Positions 20,155 to 31,112 of a stretch of DNA of 64,000 bases are shown here, in pieces. The notes under the pieces are model-generated. The model did no database searches. It saw nothing but the letters and a program-made list of their open reading frames with translations, and was not told the origin of the DNA. The position numbers and the translations under genes are program-made. The stretch's first letter is position 1, and each line of letters begins with the position of its first letter. Source of the stretch: Geopsychrobacteraceae bacterium (lineage in GTDB: Bacteria; Desulfobacterota; Desulfuromonadia; Desulfuromonadales; Geopsychrobacteraceae); NCBI GenBank assembly GCA_963662315.1, contig OY759353.1, forward strand, positions 2,528,001-2,592,000. Reading direction: 5' to 3'.

Positions 20155-21168
20155 TTATCCACCATAGCCTTCAGGATTATTTCTCTGCCAGTTCCAGCTA
20201 TCGCGCATCATATCATCAAGCCCCAGCTCTGCTTGCCAATTCAATTCTTTATTGGCCAAGGTCGGATCAGCATAACATTCGGCTATATCACCAGGGCGAC
20301 GCGGCACAATTTTAAATGGAACTATTTTCCCAGATGCGACTTCAAAAGCCTTTATCATTTCCAAGACCGAGTAACCATTGCCAGTTCCCAGGTTATAGGT
20401 AAAGACACCATTATTGTGAGCAATTCGCTCCAAAGCCCGCAGATGGCCCAATGACAAATCGACGACATGGATGTAATCACGCACCCCGGTTCCATCGCTA
20501 GTGGGGTAATCATCCCCGAAAACCGATAGCTGCTCCAGACGCCCGATAGCAACCTGGGCAATATAAGGAAGCAGGTTATTGGGAATCCCCTTGGGATCTT
20601 CACCAATACGACCTGAGATATGAGCGCCAACAGGATTAAAATAACGCAACAGCACAATGGCCCAGCGCGGATCGGATACGGAGAGATCCCTCAGAATCTC
20701 CTCAATCATCAACTTCGTCCGGCCATAAGGATTAGTCGCGGAGGTCGGAAAATCTTCCCGGATCGGGACACTGGCCGGATCACCATACACAGTTGCAGAA
20801 GAACTGAACACCAATCTAAAAACACCGGCACGGCGCATTTCATCAAGCAAGACGAGTGTGCCGTTAATGTTATTGTCATAATATTCAAGGGGGATCTGGG
20901 TTGACTCCCCAACCGCTTTCAGACCCGCAAAGTGGACAACGGAATCGATGTTGTGGGAAGCAAATATTTCACGCAGGCCAGCACCGTTACGGATATCGAC
21001 TTCGTAACAGGGAAATTGCTTACCGGTTAATTCCTGAATACGGGCAATAGATTTCTGGCTGGCATTGGCAAAATTGTCGACGATGATAACTTCATTGCCG
21101 GCATTAAGTAGTTCAACAACGGTATGGCTGCCAATATAGCCGGCTCCACCTGTGACAAGTATGGACAT
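20155..21168 (-). CDS. galE: UDP-glucose 4-epimerase
   Basis: TGGAGYIGSH, HFAGLKAVGES, SSSATVYG, YGRTK, LRYFNPVGAH. Confidence 0.95.
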   Translation of the reverse strand: MSILVTGGAGYIGSHTVVELLNAGNEVIIVDNFANASQKSIARIQELTGKQFPCYEVDIRNGAGLREIFASHNIDSVVHFAGLKAVGESTQIPLEYYDNNINGTLVLLDEMRRAGVFRLVFSSSATVYGDPASVPIREDFPTSATNPYGRTKLMIEEILRDLSVSDPRWAIVLLRYFNPVGAHISGRIGEDPKGIPNNLLPYIAQVAIGRLEQLSVFGDDYPTSDGTGVRDYIHVVDLSLGHLRALERIAHNNGVFTYNLGTGNGYSVLEMIKAFEVASGKIVPFKIVPRRPGDIAECYADPTLANKELNWQAELGLDDMMRDSWNWQRNNPEGYGG

Positions 21169-21281
21169 AGAGTCCTCCTGAATATATCCGATAAAATCGC
21201 AGACAGACGCCAGTAACTATAGACGAAGCCTAGCGATCCTCGCGATGACCATAGCTAATATTTCAATGAGTCTGCACACTA

Positions 21282-23207
21282 TTAATCGTTAGCTCTTACG
21301 ATACTCAGGTGACTACTACTCGACGCAGACCGTCTATAATCATATTCTGCTTTAATTGAATTTTTAGCTGGAGAATATTCTGGTACCAGTTTACATAAAT
21401 ACTCAAGAATGCCTGGAATATTTAAATCTTTGGCATGGGATAGCAGTACCTCAATATCTATCTTTAATTTTTCATAACTGATATCTATAGACTTTGCCAC
21501 ACATATTTTAGGGTGCTGAGTCGAGATAGTACCTTCTCCGTCAAGAAGTAATTCCTCATAAAGTTTTTCTCCTGGCCTTAACCCAGTATAGACAATACCA
21601 ATATCTTCATAAGGTTTGTAGCCAGACAGTCTTATCAACTCTTCTGCCAAATGTTTAATTTTAACCGGGTTACCCATATCAAACAGGTAGATTTCGCCTC
21701 CCTGCCCCATGCTTCCTGCCTGTAGAACCAACTGAACTGCTTCAGGAATGGTCATAAAGAACCGAGTCACTTCTGGATCAGTTACAGTTAAAGGGCCACC
21801 CTTTTTGATCTGCTCTTTAAATGTTGGAATAACGCTGCCATTACTCCCCAGTACATTACCAAAACGCGTGGTGACAAAGCTCGTTTTGCTTCTCTTATTC
21901 AGTGCCTGGACGTAAAGTTCAGCAATGCGTTTCGTAGTGCCCATAATATTTGTTGGGCGAACTGCTTTGTCTGTTGAAATCATGACAAACTTTTCAACTT
22001 TAAAATGATCAGCGGCGTCCGCAAGGATACGTGACCCACGCACATTATTATTAACACTTTCAGCAGGGTTGCGCTCCATCATCGGCACATGCTTATATGC
22101 TGCGGCATGAAAAACCACCTGAGGCATCTGTTCATCGAAAATAGCATTGACGCGGGCAGGATTACGAATGTCCCCGATAATAGGAACGATAGCTATATCG
22201 GGAAACCGTTTCAGAAGCTCCTGTTCGATAGCAAACAGTGGCGTCTCTCCATTTTCAAAAAGTATGAGCTTTTCAGGACGATAACCTGCTATCTGGCGAC
22301 ATAATTCACTTCCTATACTACCTCCCGCACCAGTAACAAGAACTCTCTTTTTAGCCAAATAATTGCGAATCTGCAGCTCATTCAAAGAAATGGGCTCTCG
22401 CCCCAGCAAATCATTCAGATCAACATCTCTGACCTGTTGAACGGAAACTTTACCGCCAATAATATCCCCCACTCCCGGCAATATTTTAACCCGTACACAG
22501 GTTTTCTGACATTTTTCAACAATGGACCGAATCTGCTTTCCGGTTGCCGAAGGGATGGCAATAATGATTTCATCCACGCGATATTTATCGACCAGCTCAG
22601 CCAACTGTTCCTGCTGACCAAGCACCTTATACCCCTGAAAAACTGCCTTTTTCTTATAGGGATCATCATCAACAAAGCCAACCAGATTATAATTAATTGC
22701 CGGGTTCTGACGAATTTCACGGGCAATCATCTGACCACCATCCCCGGCACCAACCAACAAGACATTGGTCGGCATAAGATCAAAAGTCTTTCCCATAGGA
22801 AAATAATGTTCACGGAACGCTCTGGTTATGAAGCGTATCCCGCAAATCAAAAGAAAACAAACAATCCCATCAATAATCAGGATACTTCTGGGGATATTTT
22901 CCATGCGGAAAATCACCGCAGAGGCCCCTATTAAAACAACTGAGCCAATAAGATTTGCTTTGGCGATCTGAATCAAATCAGGCATAGCAACATAGCGCCA
23001 CCAGCCTCGGCAACAACCAAGCTGCCAAAAGACAGCCATTTTTATAGGGATTGCCAGTAAAATCAGGTAGAAAATAGTTGGAAAATAATTGCGCGGAATA
23101 GAGAAATCAAAGCGCAGGCAGTAAGCCAAAAGCAAGGAACTTGTAATAATAACCGTCTTCGAAATAAACACGGTAGCTAATCGATGGCGAAACAATAAAT
23201 CTTTCAA
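21282..23207 (-). CDS. Membrane-anchored UDP-GlcNAc 4,6-dehydratase (CapD/WbpM/PglF family)
   Basis: N-terminal TM helices, DLLGR, TGAGGSIGSE, HAAAYKHVP, STDKAV, RFGNVLGS, GLRPGEKL. Confidence 0.92.
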   Translation of the reverse strand: MKDLLFRHRLATVFISKTVIITSSLLLAYCLRFDFSIPRNYFPTIFYLILLAIPIKMAVFWQLGCCRGWWRYVAMPDLIQIAKANLIGSVVLIGASAVIFRMENIPRSILIIDGIVCFLLICGIRFITRAFREHYFPMGKTFDLMPTNVLLVGAGDGGQMIAREIRQNPAINYNLVGFVDDDPYKKKAVFQGYKVLGQQEQLAELVDKYRVDEIIIAIPSATGKQIRSIVEKCQKTCVRVKILPGVGDIIGGKVSVQQVRDVDLNDLLGREPISLNELQIRNYLAKKRVLVTGAGGSIGSELCRQIAGYRPEKLILFENGETPLFAIEQELLKRFPDIAIVPIIGDIRNPARVNAIFDEQMPQVVFHAAAYKHVPMMERNPAESVNNNVRGSRILADAADHFKVEKFVMISTDKAVRPTNIMGTTKRIAELYVQALNKRSKTSFVTTRFGNVLGSNGSVIPTFKEQIKKGGPLTVTDPEVTRFFMTIPEAVQLVLQAGSMGQGGEIYLFDMGNPVKIKHLAEELIRLSGYKPYEDIGIVYTGLRPGEKLYEELLLDGEGTISTQHPKICVAKSIDISYEKLKIDIEVLLSHAKDLNIPGILEYLCKLVPEYSPAKNSIKAEYDYRRSASSSSHLSIVRAND

Positions 23208-23503
23208 AAGTATCCCCCAATCACATCACTGTGATTTACATAAAAGACAAAATAGCATTATAGCGTTTATCGCATAATTTTTCATTGAAATATTTGACAA
23301 GAGCAGAACAGACAGAGCAAAATTTACGTTATAATCCCTTATTAAGCTCTACCCCGAATTCAGACAGGCCAATCTTGGAAATTTCGAGTTTGTGTGTTCT
23401 GCCCCTATTTTATAAGATTTAATAGCATTTGGCAGACTTTAGTTGCGGTCATCTAAAAGCTGCTTGTCGCGATGCATTCGTGACTACTGCGTGAGACAGG
23501 TAT

Positions 23504-24058
23504 TCATACCTTCTTCACTCGGTCCCCTGAACCTTTCCCCGTTACAGTCTGCAGAATGTACTTAAAATAATTTTCAACGGACATACTCCGAATCATTTTT
23601 TCATCTGTTTCAGCAAGTAACTCAGGTGTCGACATGTCGATTTCGTTGACCTGCGCTAGGCCGGTAATTCCAGGCCGAACATTGAAAACCCCATGTTTTT
23701 CCCGAGCCGCGGTTAGTTCTTCCTGATTAAACAAGCCAGGACGGGGCCCGACCAAACTCATTTCCCCCTTCAGGACGTTCCAGAGTTGCGGCAATTCATC
23801 CAGCTTTGTTTTGCGTAGTAATTCGCCCAATTTTGTTATGGAAGAGGTTGAAGCGAGATGAGATGCAACAGAGGCAGTATCGATTTTCATGGTTCGGAAT
23901 TTCACAAGAACAAATGGCCGCTTATTGCGCCCGACCCGTTCCTGAAAAAAAAGAGGGGATCCGGTATCAAAAAGCCCGATAATATAAATGGCTAACAAAA
24001 AGGGCATGCCGAAGAACAAGCCCAAGAATGAAAAAGTGATATCTAAAATACGTGTCAT
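23504..24058 (-). CDS. Initiating undecaprenyl-phosphate sugar phosphotransferase (bacterial sugar transferase family)
   Basis: [36 protein letters not shown]; start at MTRILD. Confidence 0.9.
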   Translation of the reverse strand: MTRILDITFSFLGLFFGMPFLLAIYIIGLFDTGSPLFFQERVGRNKRPFVLVKFRTMKIDTASVASHLASTSSITKLGELLRKTKLDELPQLWNVLKGEMSLVGPRPGLFNQEELTAAREKHGVFNVRPGITGLAQVNEIDMSTPELLAETDEKMIRSMSVENYFKYILQTVTGKGSGDRVKKV

Positions 24059-24106
24059 GCCACACCTTTTTAAAGCAATCTCAAGCTCATTTGTTACCCT
24101 CATTAG

Positions 24107-24205
24107 AGACGCAAAGATCGCTGAGACGAGCTCTACTCGTTTGATTTTAACCCAAGAAAAGGTCTTTGATTTAAGACTTTTCTCCGCGCCCTCTGCGTCT
24201 TTGCA
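24107..24205. repeat. Intergenic inverted repeat with CGCAAAG/CTCTGCG arms (copy 1)
   Basis: gacgcaaagatcgctgag ... ctccgcgccctctgcgtctttgc; related to the copies at 39270 and 45315. Confidence 0.55.
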
Positions 24206-25157
24206 TGAGATCGCCTTCCGCCATTTTCCGCAGTTGCTCATCCATCGTCACCACCGGCTTCCACCCCAACAAATCACGCGCTTTTGAGCTATCCACCTGT
24301 AGGTTTCCAAATAAGCGATCGGCGACAGCACCTTTGCCCAACAGCTTTGCGACTAAACGCATCAACCCGATGGGGACAGGTAACAAAAAAGAATTAATTC
24401 CATATGCTTTTGCGATCTTGCGCAGTAACTTGGTGGTGGAAAGGTCTTCTCCATCGGAGACCAGGAAGGTTTGGTTGGCGGCAGCTGGATGATCGATGCA
24501 GGTGATGATGAAATCGACGAGGTTGTCGAGGGCGATTAAAGAACGGATGTTGTGTGTCTTTCCCAGTGGCAGAGGCAATCCTTTTTGCAGCAAACCAATC
24601 AGTGTAGCGAAGTTGCCTTTGACTCCTGGACCGTAAACTAGGGGTGGCCTAATAATCACAACTTCCATGCCGGTTTGTTCGGCTATCAATCTTAGTCCTT
24701 CTTCGGCTTCATGTTTTGATACGCCATAGGGGTCTTCGGGATGGGCGACATTCTTTTCAGAAAAAGGATGATTCGGATAGGTCTGCTCACCATTGACTTT
24801 GATGGAGCTGATAAATATGAATCGTTTACTTCCAGCTTCAGCCGCTTGGCTAGCCAAGTTCAGAGTACCTTCTACATTTACTTTGCGGTATCCCGAGAGG
24901 GGATTGGGAACTTCATCACTCATGATGTGAGCGCGGGCAGCGGTGTGGATGACACTATCAACACCATGTAGTGCCTTTGCCCATTGAGTGTGGGGGCCAA
25001 TACCACCAACGGGGATGGCGTCTTTATCTGGCGAATGTTTGCGGATGGCACAACGATAGGTAACCCCATCAGCTTTCAGGCGATCACGTAAAGCATTTCC
25101 TATAAAGCCGGATGCACCAGTTAGCATAATTTTTTGTTTTCTTTTATCACCTACCAC
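24171..25157 (-). CDS. NAD-dependent epimerase/4-reductase (extended SDR, WbpV-like)
   Basis: TGASGFIG, SSIKVNGE, YGVSK, IRPPLVYG. Confidence 0.88.
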   Translation of the reverse strand: MVGDKRKQKIMLTGASGFIGNALRDRLKADGVTYRCAIRKHSPDKDAIPVGGIGPHTQWAKALHGVDSVIHTAARAHIMSDEVPNPLSGYRKVNVEGTLNLASQAAEAGSKRFIFISSIKVNGEQTYPNHPFSEKNVAHPEDPYGVSKHEAEEGLRLIAEQTGMEVVIIRPPLVYGPGVKGNFATLIGLLQKGLPLPLGKTHNIRSLIALDNLVDFIITCIDHPAAANQTFLVSDGEDLSTTKLLRKIAKAYGINSFLLPVPIGLMRLVAKLLGKGAVADRLFGNLQVDSSKARDLLGWKPVVTMDEQLRKMAEGDLMQRRRGRGEKS

Positions 25158-25183
25158 ATTGCCACCTATTATCTGAATTCAGA

Positions 25184-26305
25184 TCACTCAAAAAAATCAA
25201 CTAAACGCGAGTTTACTTCTGCTGCATCGAACTTCTCTCTCGCCATTTTATGACTTTCGATTCCCATGCTGACACTTAATTCTGGATTCTCGATAAACTT
25301 CTTCATTTTTTCCGCCAAATCATCAGGCGACCAAGGTTTGACAAAAAAACCATTCACGCCATCTACTACCGTCTCTCTACAGCCAGGAACATCTGTCGTA
25401 ATAATAGCGCGACCAATAGCCATAGCTTCTTGAGTGCTGCGAGGCACCCCCTCTCTATAGGAAGGTAAAACAAACACACTTGCCTGCTGTAACCACTCCT
25501 GCACATTTTCCACATGCCCTGGGTGAATTACGGTTCCCTCCCGCATCAAATGTGACAACCGAGAAGAACTCAGTCCGCCAGGGTTCTCTTCATCCAATCC
25601 GCCCAACAACACAAATTTCACCTCGGGAAAAGAATTCTTAATTATTTTTGCTGCAGCGATAAATTCATTAACACCTTTTTCAGCCAGCAATCTACCTACA
25701 AAAATGAATGATGCAGACTCTTTTGAAGGTTCAGTATATGGATAATCTTCAAGGTTTAAACCGATCCCCCCGAGTACACTAACTTGTTGTGTCTTGATGT
25801 TATATCGTTGCAACAAATCAATTGGATCATCTGGATTTAAAAAAATTATACGCTCTAAAAATGGAAATGAGATGCGATAAAGCATAACTTGAATCCGGCG
25901 AAGCAATGTAATTTTAATTCCATTCCCACTTGGATGATCTGTAAATATATACCCTAACCCTTCTAGCATTCCAATACGTCTTTTAACACCGGCAAAAACG
26001 GCTGCCAAGGTCCCAAAAATAGTCGGTTTGGAAAAATATGAAAAGACTACATCTAACTGTAAAGCCTTGAGCTTTTTAGCCAATCTATAGGTATTAGAAA
26101 GATCAGAAAATGGATTAACACCGGTACGCGCAAAAAGGTAATCCACCGGTTCTGCGCCCAAAGCCCTGATTTTCTTCTTACTTACATCATCATAATCCAA
26201 CGCAAACGCATAAACATTATGTCCTTTATTAATTAGCGCCTTTATTAGGTCAGTCCGGAAACCTAAGACGCATCCTGCCGTAGTACCAATCAGTGCAATT
26301 CTCAT
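25184..26305 (-). CDS. Glycosyltransferase family 4 (WbpU/CapM-like)
   Basis: FVGRLLAEKG, LPSYREGVPRSTQEAMA, TTDVPGCRE. Confidence 0.9.
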   Translation of the reverse strand: MRIALIGTTAGCVLGFRTDLIKALINKGHNVYAFALDYDDVSKKKIRALGAEPVDYLFARTGVNPFSDLSNTYRLAKKLKALQLDVVFSYFSKPTIFGTLAAVFAGVKRRIGMLEGLGYIFTDHPSGNGIKITLLRRIQVMLYRISFPFLERIIFLNPDDPIDLLQRYNIKTQQVSVLGGIGLNLEDYPYTEPSKESASFIFVGRLLAEKGVNEFIAAAKIIKNSFPEVKFVLLGGLDEENPGGLSSSRLSHLMREGTVIHPGHVENVQEWLQQASVFVLPSYREGVPRSTQEAMAIGRAIITTDVPGCRETVVDGVNGFFVKPWSPDDLAEKMKKFIENPELSVSMGIESHKMAREKFDAAEVNSRLVDFFE

Positions 26306-26424
26306 CTATTCGACAATACCCTTCTGATTTCTTTGCCAACGCCATGTGGTAATTCAAAAATATGGTGTGAAGAGATATATCTGGCTAAACCAATTCGTAA
26401 CCGTAAACCCAGACCGCCTCATTG

Positions 26425-27576
26425 TCATCTCAAACTACTCTCAATATTCCAAACATCATGATAAGCTTTGACCATCTTCTCTAAACTGAAGTTATTGACA
26501 ATCCGCTCGCGTGCTTGTCGTTTTCTAATCGTCCAAGTAGCTTCGTCATGGAGTGATGTCAAACTGTCAAATAAAGCAGTCGCCAAGGCGTCAGCGTTTC
26601 CCGGCGCTACAATCCAACCTGTTTCACCAACAATCAAAGCTGCATCGCCTACGTCAGTCGTCACGCAAGGAGTACCGCAAGCCATAGCCTCGGCTAGCAC
26701 ATTAGGAAAAGCCTCTCCATAACTTGATGAAAGAACGTGAACATCTAGGGCATTCATTACCTTTGGAATATCATTACATTGTCCCAATAATATTATATAC
26801 TCATGCAGATTCTGGTCATCAATCCATGCAGCAAGCTCTTGGTTAGTTTCCAGAAGATTTTTACCAACCAGCACAAAACGAAAATCAAAACCAGATTGCC
26901 TCAATTTTCCTAACGCATTAATCAGATTCTTGTGATCTTTTTGCGGATCGAATCGTCCCACCATACCCATAAGAGGCATCGCCTCATCAATATTCCATTC
27001 GTTCCTTAAACACTTTCTTGCTTCATGATCGACATAAAACTTTTCCAGATCATAGCCATTTGGAATGACAATCATTTTATTGGTGGCATATCCCAGTTTT
27101 CCATGTACTTCTACCGCCTTATTGGCGCAACATACGATTTTTTCTGGCACCCAACCGGAAAGAAAAGCGCATAACCGCGCTACGTAGATGGTGGAGCGTT
27201 TCGATTTACCAGGTTCCAAAGTGGTATGGCGAATGCCCCAAAAAACACCTTTAACACCTGCAAGGCGCGCCAACACACCACCAATCAAGTCAGCATGATA
27301 CATCCAAGTTTGCACCACAGCTGGTTTCAACTCTCGCAACAATGACCATAAATGCCACAGGCCATGTGCCGTCAAACAACCTTGTGGCATATCCAGACAA
27401 TGAACTTCGACACCTGCTTTTTGCAAGAGTGGACTATATTTGCCAGCGCCCATCATAGAAATAACATAATGCTTATGTTTGGTGTCGTTGCTACACAGAC
27501 GATAAAGTACCGCCTCAGCGCCACCATCATTTAAACCTGAAATAATATGGAGTATTATTCTAGTTTCAATATTCAT
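26425..27576 (-). CDS. Glycosyltransferase family 4
   Basis: GGAE, TWMYHAD, VGRFDPQKDH, EAFPNVLAEAMACG. Confidence 0.9.
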   Translation of the reverse strand: MNIETRIILHIISGLNDGGAEAVLYRLCSNDTKHKHYVISMMGAGKYSPLLQKAGVEVHCLDMPQGCLTAHGLWHLWSLLRELKPAVVQTWMYHADLIGGVLARLAGVKGVFWGIRHTTLEPGKSKRSTIYVARLCAFLSGWVPEKIVCCANKAVEVHGKLGYATNKMIVIPNGYDLEKFYVDHEARKCLRNEWNIDEAMPLMGMVGRFDPQKDHKNLINALGKLRQSGFDFRFVLVGKNLLETNQELAAWIDDQNLHEYIILLGQCNDIPKVMNALDVHVLSSSYGEAFPNVLAEAMACGTPCVTTDVGDAALIVGETGWIVAPGNADALATALFDSLTSLHDEATWTIRKRQARERIVNNFSLEKMVKAYHDVWNIESSLR

Positions 27577-28577
27577 ACAAACCCAAACCCCAACCACGGC
27601 TGCCCAAGTCTAAGAGCATAAGTCAGTACACCATAACCTATGATCATGCTAACAAAAATCATCCGATGCAAGCCAGACATTTGCAATCCAGCAAGCAGCA
27701 AAACAAATAATGAACTCTCAAAAATTCGGGCTGTTACTTCGATAAAAAAGTAGGTGCTTAAATAAAACACCAAAGAACCAATGGCAAAAGCATGTTGCCT
27801 CATAAAGTTGCGCCCCGCAGAGATCAAAACTACCAACACCATCATCCAAAAAAGAAAGCCAAGGCCACTGATTTGTGCTGTCGTAAAATCATATTGCAAG
27901 GCTTGCCTCGCTCCAAGGAATTGAGCAAGGCCAGCCAAAAACACACCAATAGCAAGACCGGAAACAGCAAACAATATATTACGAAGATCAGCCGCAAGCC
28001 GAAGTTTGGATGCAATAGTTGTTAATACCAGCAAAACTATTACAAAAAAAAATGATGCGTGAATGAATGGTGAAAGCAGCAACAAAAACCAGGATAATGT
28101 CCGTGAGTGTGAAAACCATCCAAGCAAAAAAATACTAATGGCCACCCCCTGCCGTAAATGGACAATGTGATTTTTTATTATCTGCGGTAGTAAGAGAATT
28201 AGCAATAAATACATGATATTTTTAGGGTCTGCACGACATACCAGATAGGCAACAACACTTGCAGGTACACCAACTATAATCCTAAGCGTTGTTTCAGGCT
28301 CAAATGCCAGATTCAAACCGGCATTTATTAACAACCAAACCGGCTCATTAGCCAATCCAGCCAAAACACCTTGTGACCAGTGGCCTAATAGAATTAATAA
28401 GGATTGATCAGCATAAATTAGATAGTTTGCACGATCTTTAAATACTTCTAGAGGTAAAGCAGCTAAAGCTGAGCCGTAAACTAAAGCTATCAACAAAATA
28501 GCCCCCAAATACAAACGGCTAGACTGTTTAGAATTTACAGCTAATGGCAATGAAGATATCGACTTTTTATAATACAC
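27573..28577 (-). CDS. Wzy/EpsG-like polysaccharide polymerase
   Basis: About 9-10 hydrophobic segments, EP, LRQGVA and H.S motifs; position inside the GT cluster. Confidence 0.7.
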   Translation of the reverse strand: MYYKKSISSLPLAVNSKQSSRLYLGAILLIALVYGSALAALPLEVFKDRANYLIYADQSLLILLGHWSQGVLAGLANEPVWLLINAGLNLAFEPETTLRIIVGVPASVVAYLVCRADPKNIMYLLLILLLPQIIKNHIVHLRQGVAISIFLLGWFSHSRTLSWFLLLLSPFIHASFFFVIVLLVLTTIASKLRLAADLRNILFAVSGLAIGVFLAGLAQFLGARQALQYDFTTAQISGLGFLFWMMVLVVLISAGRNFMRQHAFAIGSLVFYLSTYFFIEVTARIFESSLFVLLLAGLQMSGLHRMIFVSMIIGYGVLTYALRLGQPWLGFGFV

Positions 28578-28702
28578 TATTTACCCACAATCCTTCAGGT
28601 GTGTACAAATTAAAGGCGGTGCGATCAACACTCCTCGCACCGTTATTAACCAACCTCTCCCACCCAAAAACAGAGCATGAAAACTTTCGTTCTATACATT
28701 TA

Positions 28703-29806
28703 TCAGCTAGGAAAAAGGAGACTTAAGTACCCCTCTGAGGCTCTATCGACACTAAAATCAGCAGCACGCTTTACAACGTCAGGGGGATCTGGCGCGTCCA
28801 AAATCTGTGCCATTGCTTGAGCCATGGCATCCACATCACCCACAGGGACTAGCCGTCCCCATTTGCCGTTTTCCAATATCTCTGCTGGTCCACTGATACA
28901 ATCTGTACTAATCACGGGGATACCACAAATCATAGCTTCTACTAACACATTACCAAATCCTTCAAAAACAGAGGAAAGCACAAATCCAGCGCTCTGTCGC
29001 ATCCAGGCAAAGGGATTTTCACAAAATCCCGGCATGGCAACGTCATCAGTCAACCCAAGTTCAGCGATTAGTTTTAGCAAGTCTGACCGAAGCTCTCCCT
29101 CTCCTAGGATCACAAGTCGCACGGGACGATGCGCTCGCAGTTGTGAGAAAGCGCAAATTAATGTTGCAAAATCCTTTTGCGCCGTCAGACGTCCCATTCC
29201 TAGCAATACAGGCGGTTCGTTTGGGTTAAACCATGGGTGATGAAAATCCTGATTTGCCTGCTGCAGGACAATATCTGAATTAATGGGATTATAGACAACA
29301 TCAATCTGTTCCCGAGGCAGTCCGATTGTTACCGCAACATCATCAGCGACGCCAGAAGAAACCGAGATGACACTATCTGCCCATGGAAAGGACCAACGCA
29401 TAAAAGTTGTTATCCAACGGTTACGCTTTAAGTTGGTATGCGCAAGAGACAATGATAACGGGTTATGGACACTAACTACCAATCGTGTTTTCACACCTGC
29501 CAAACGTTTAGCCAACAGAGCAATAACATTGGCATGGTTAAGCGCAGCAAGCATGCCATCTGGCCGCGCTCGCCGCAAATAAAACACCAATGCGGGTAAA
29601 CTCTTAACCACACGTGAAGCACAAAGATTGACCACATTTACTCTCTTGGATACATCCTTTAAATATGGTCCTTCTGCTTGAGCTAGAACCAGATCTATCC
29701 TGTATCCACGTTCTGCAAATGAATTAGCCAACGCCACCATAATACGTTCAGCACCACCTCCGCGAAGAGAAGGAAGATATATAGCGATATGTTTTGTAGA
29801 ATTCAT
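28703..29806 (-). CDS. Glycosyltransferase family 4
   Basis: GGGAER, GRLTAQKDF, EGFGNVLVEAM. Confidence 0.9.
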   Translation of the reverse strand: MNSTKHIAIYLPSLRGGGAERIMVALANSFAERGYRIDLVLAQAEGPYLKDVSKRVNVVNLCASRVVKSLPALVFYLRRARPDGMLAALNHANVIALLAKRLAGVKTRLVVSVHNPLSLSLAHTNLKRNRWITTFMRWSFPWADSVISVSSGVADDVAVTIGLPREQIDVVYNPINSDIVLQQANQDFHHPWFNPNEPPVLLGMGRLTAQKDFATLICAFSQLRAHRPVRLVILGEGELRSDLLKLIAELGLTDDVAMPGFCENPFAWMRQSAGFVLSSVFEGFGNVLVEAMICGIPVISTDCISGPAEILENGKWGRLVPVGDVDAMAQAMAQILDAPDPPDVVKRAADFSVDRASEGYLSLLFPS

Positions 29807-29855
29807 AAGAAAAACCTGCCTATTCGCTGATCAAAACCAATATTCACCAAACCCG

Positions 29856-31094
29856 CTAATTTTCTTTATCGATGTTCCGCGCCTTAGCAAGGGTAGAAAT
29901 ATTCTGCAATTTTTTTAAAAATGATACAGTTAATCTCTTCTTCTTATTAGTCGCATGGCTTTCAGGACCTGAAAAATCAACTTCTTTCATTTTGTCAAAA
30001 CAATCTCTAGCGATATTGTTCCACTTTCCCTCGCCAAAATACTTGGCAGCTGCGGCTAATGAATTGAATACCCACGCATCGGACCTAACCATATAAACCC
30101 TTGGTTTCACGTAGGAACCATCGCGTTGAAGGATAGCTTCAAATGTTTTTCCGTTCCATGCATTATTCAAAATCCAATTAAGAACATCACTGGCCACTTC
30201 GCGATATTGCTCTCTACGATTCACAACTACATTGGAAGCCTCAAGCATGCCTGAAAGAACTGACGAAAGTCCCCAAAGATGAATTTGATTTTTAAAAAAC
30301 CTTGGATCGTTTGTGTAGGGGACAACAGAGAACTGTTTGTGAAGTGAATAAATATAATCACAAGCATCCTGAATTAATCCCAATTGGACCTTATGGGGGA
30401 AGCTTTGCTGTGCAAGTGAATGCACTTCAACTTGTTGCATCTGATGATAATTGTCAATTTTTATTCGTCTTAACTCATCCCAATCTTTGCGGGACTGGTC
30501 ACAGTAATACCAAAACCGACCCGGCATTTCATCATTCTTCTCTAATACACTATTGAGATAATTAATCATGCCGTGGTATATTTTTTTCAATTCTATATCT
30601 CCACCAAACTGCCCGAGATAACACCCTAGAGCACCACAAGCAAACGATGTCCCATTGTAAATCATTACTTCATTGATCGTATAAGGACTATACGGAATAG
30701 CAATCTTTCCACAGCCACAATCCAGAGAATGTTTCCGTATCCACTCAACAGCATGAAATGCCGGGTCCTTAACCTTTTCTTTGCCAAAAAGTCGCGCAAA
30801 TTCGGTTAGAGCAATAAGGGCAACAAGTTCAGGAGAAGTACTCTGTCCCTTTTTATGAAGTCTCCCAAAGTTAAAATCATACCCTATATCAAACCCGCCA
30901 TCCGATTTTTGAATGCTTAGAAGAATGTCGAGAACATAATGAGCTTGTTCTTTCCAATACTTTTCTCTTGTTGCCTCCCACAACCGGCAACAACCAAGTA
31001 AAGCTTCATAGATCGTTTGGCTACAATATTTTACCTTTGGGGGTGAAAGTACTGATTTGTAAGCAATGTCGCGCAATATTTCTTTTATATTCAT
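29856..31094 (-). CDS. Hypothetical protein, possible (alpha/alpha)-barrel sugar-modifying enzyme
   Basis: 412-aa ORF in the operon with repeated helix...W[IL] units and Q.SDGGF motif; no confident family. Confidence 0.55.
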   Translation of the reverse strand: MNIKEILRDIAYKSVLSPPKVKYCSQTIYEALLGCCRLWEATREKYWKEQAHYVLDILLSIQKSDGGFDIGYDFNFGRLHKKGQSTSPELVALIALTEFARLFGKEKVKDPAFHAVEWIRKHSLDCGCGKIAIPYSPYTINEVMIYNGTSFACGALGCYLGQFGGDIELKKIYHGMINYLNSVLEKNDEMPGRFWYYCDQSRKDWDELRRIKIDNYHQMQQVEVHSLAQQSFPHKVQLGLIQDACDYIYSLHKQFSVVPYTNDPRFFKNQIHLWGLSSVLSGMLEASNVVVNRREQYREVASDVLNWILNNAWNGKTFEAILQRDGSYVKPRVYMVRSDAWVFNSLAAAAKYFGEGKWNNIARDCFDKMKEVDFSGPESHATNKKKRLTVSFLKKLQNISTLAKARNIDKEN

Positions 31095-31112
31095 CGTACC
31101 CTCTAAATGTAA

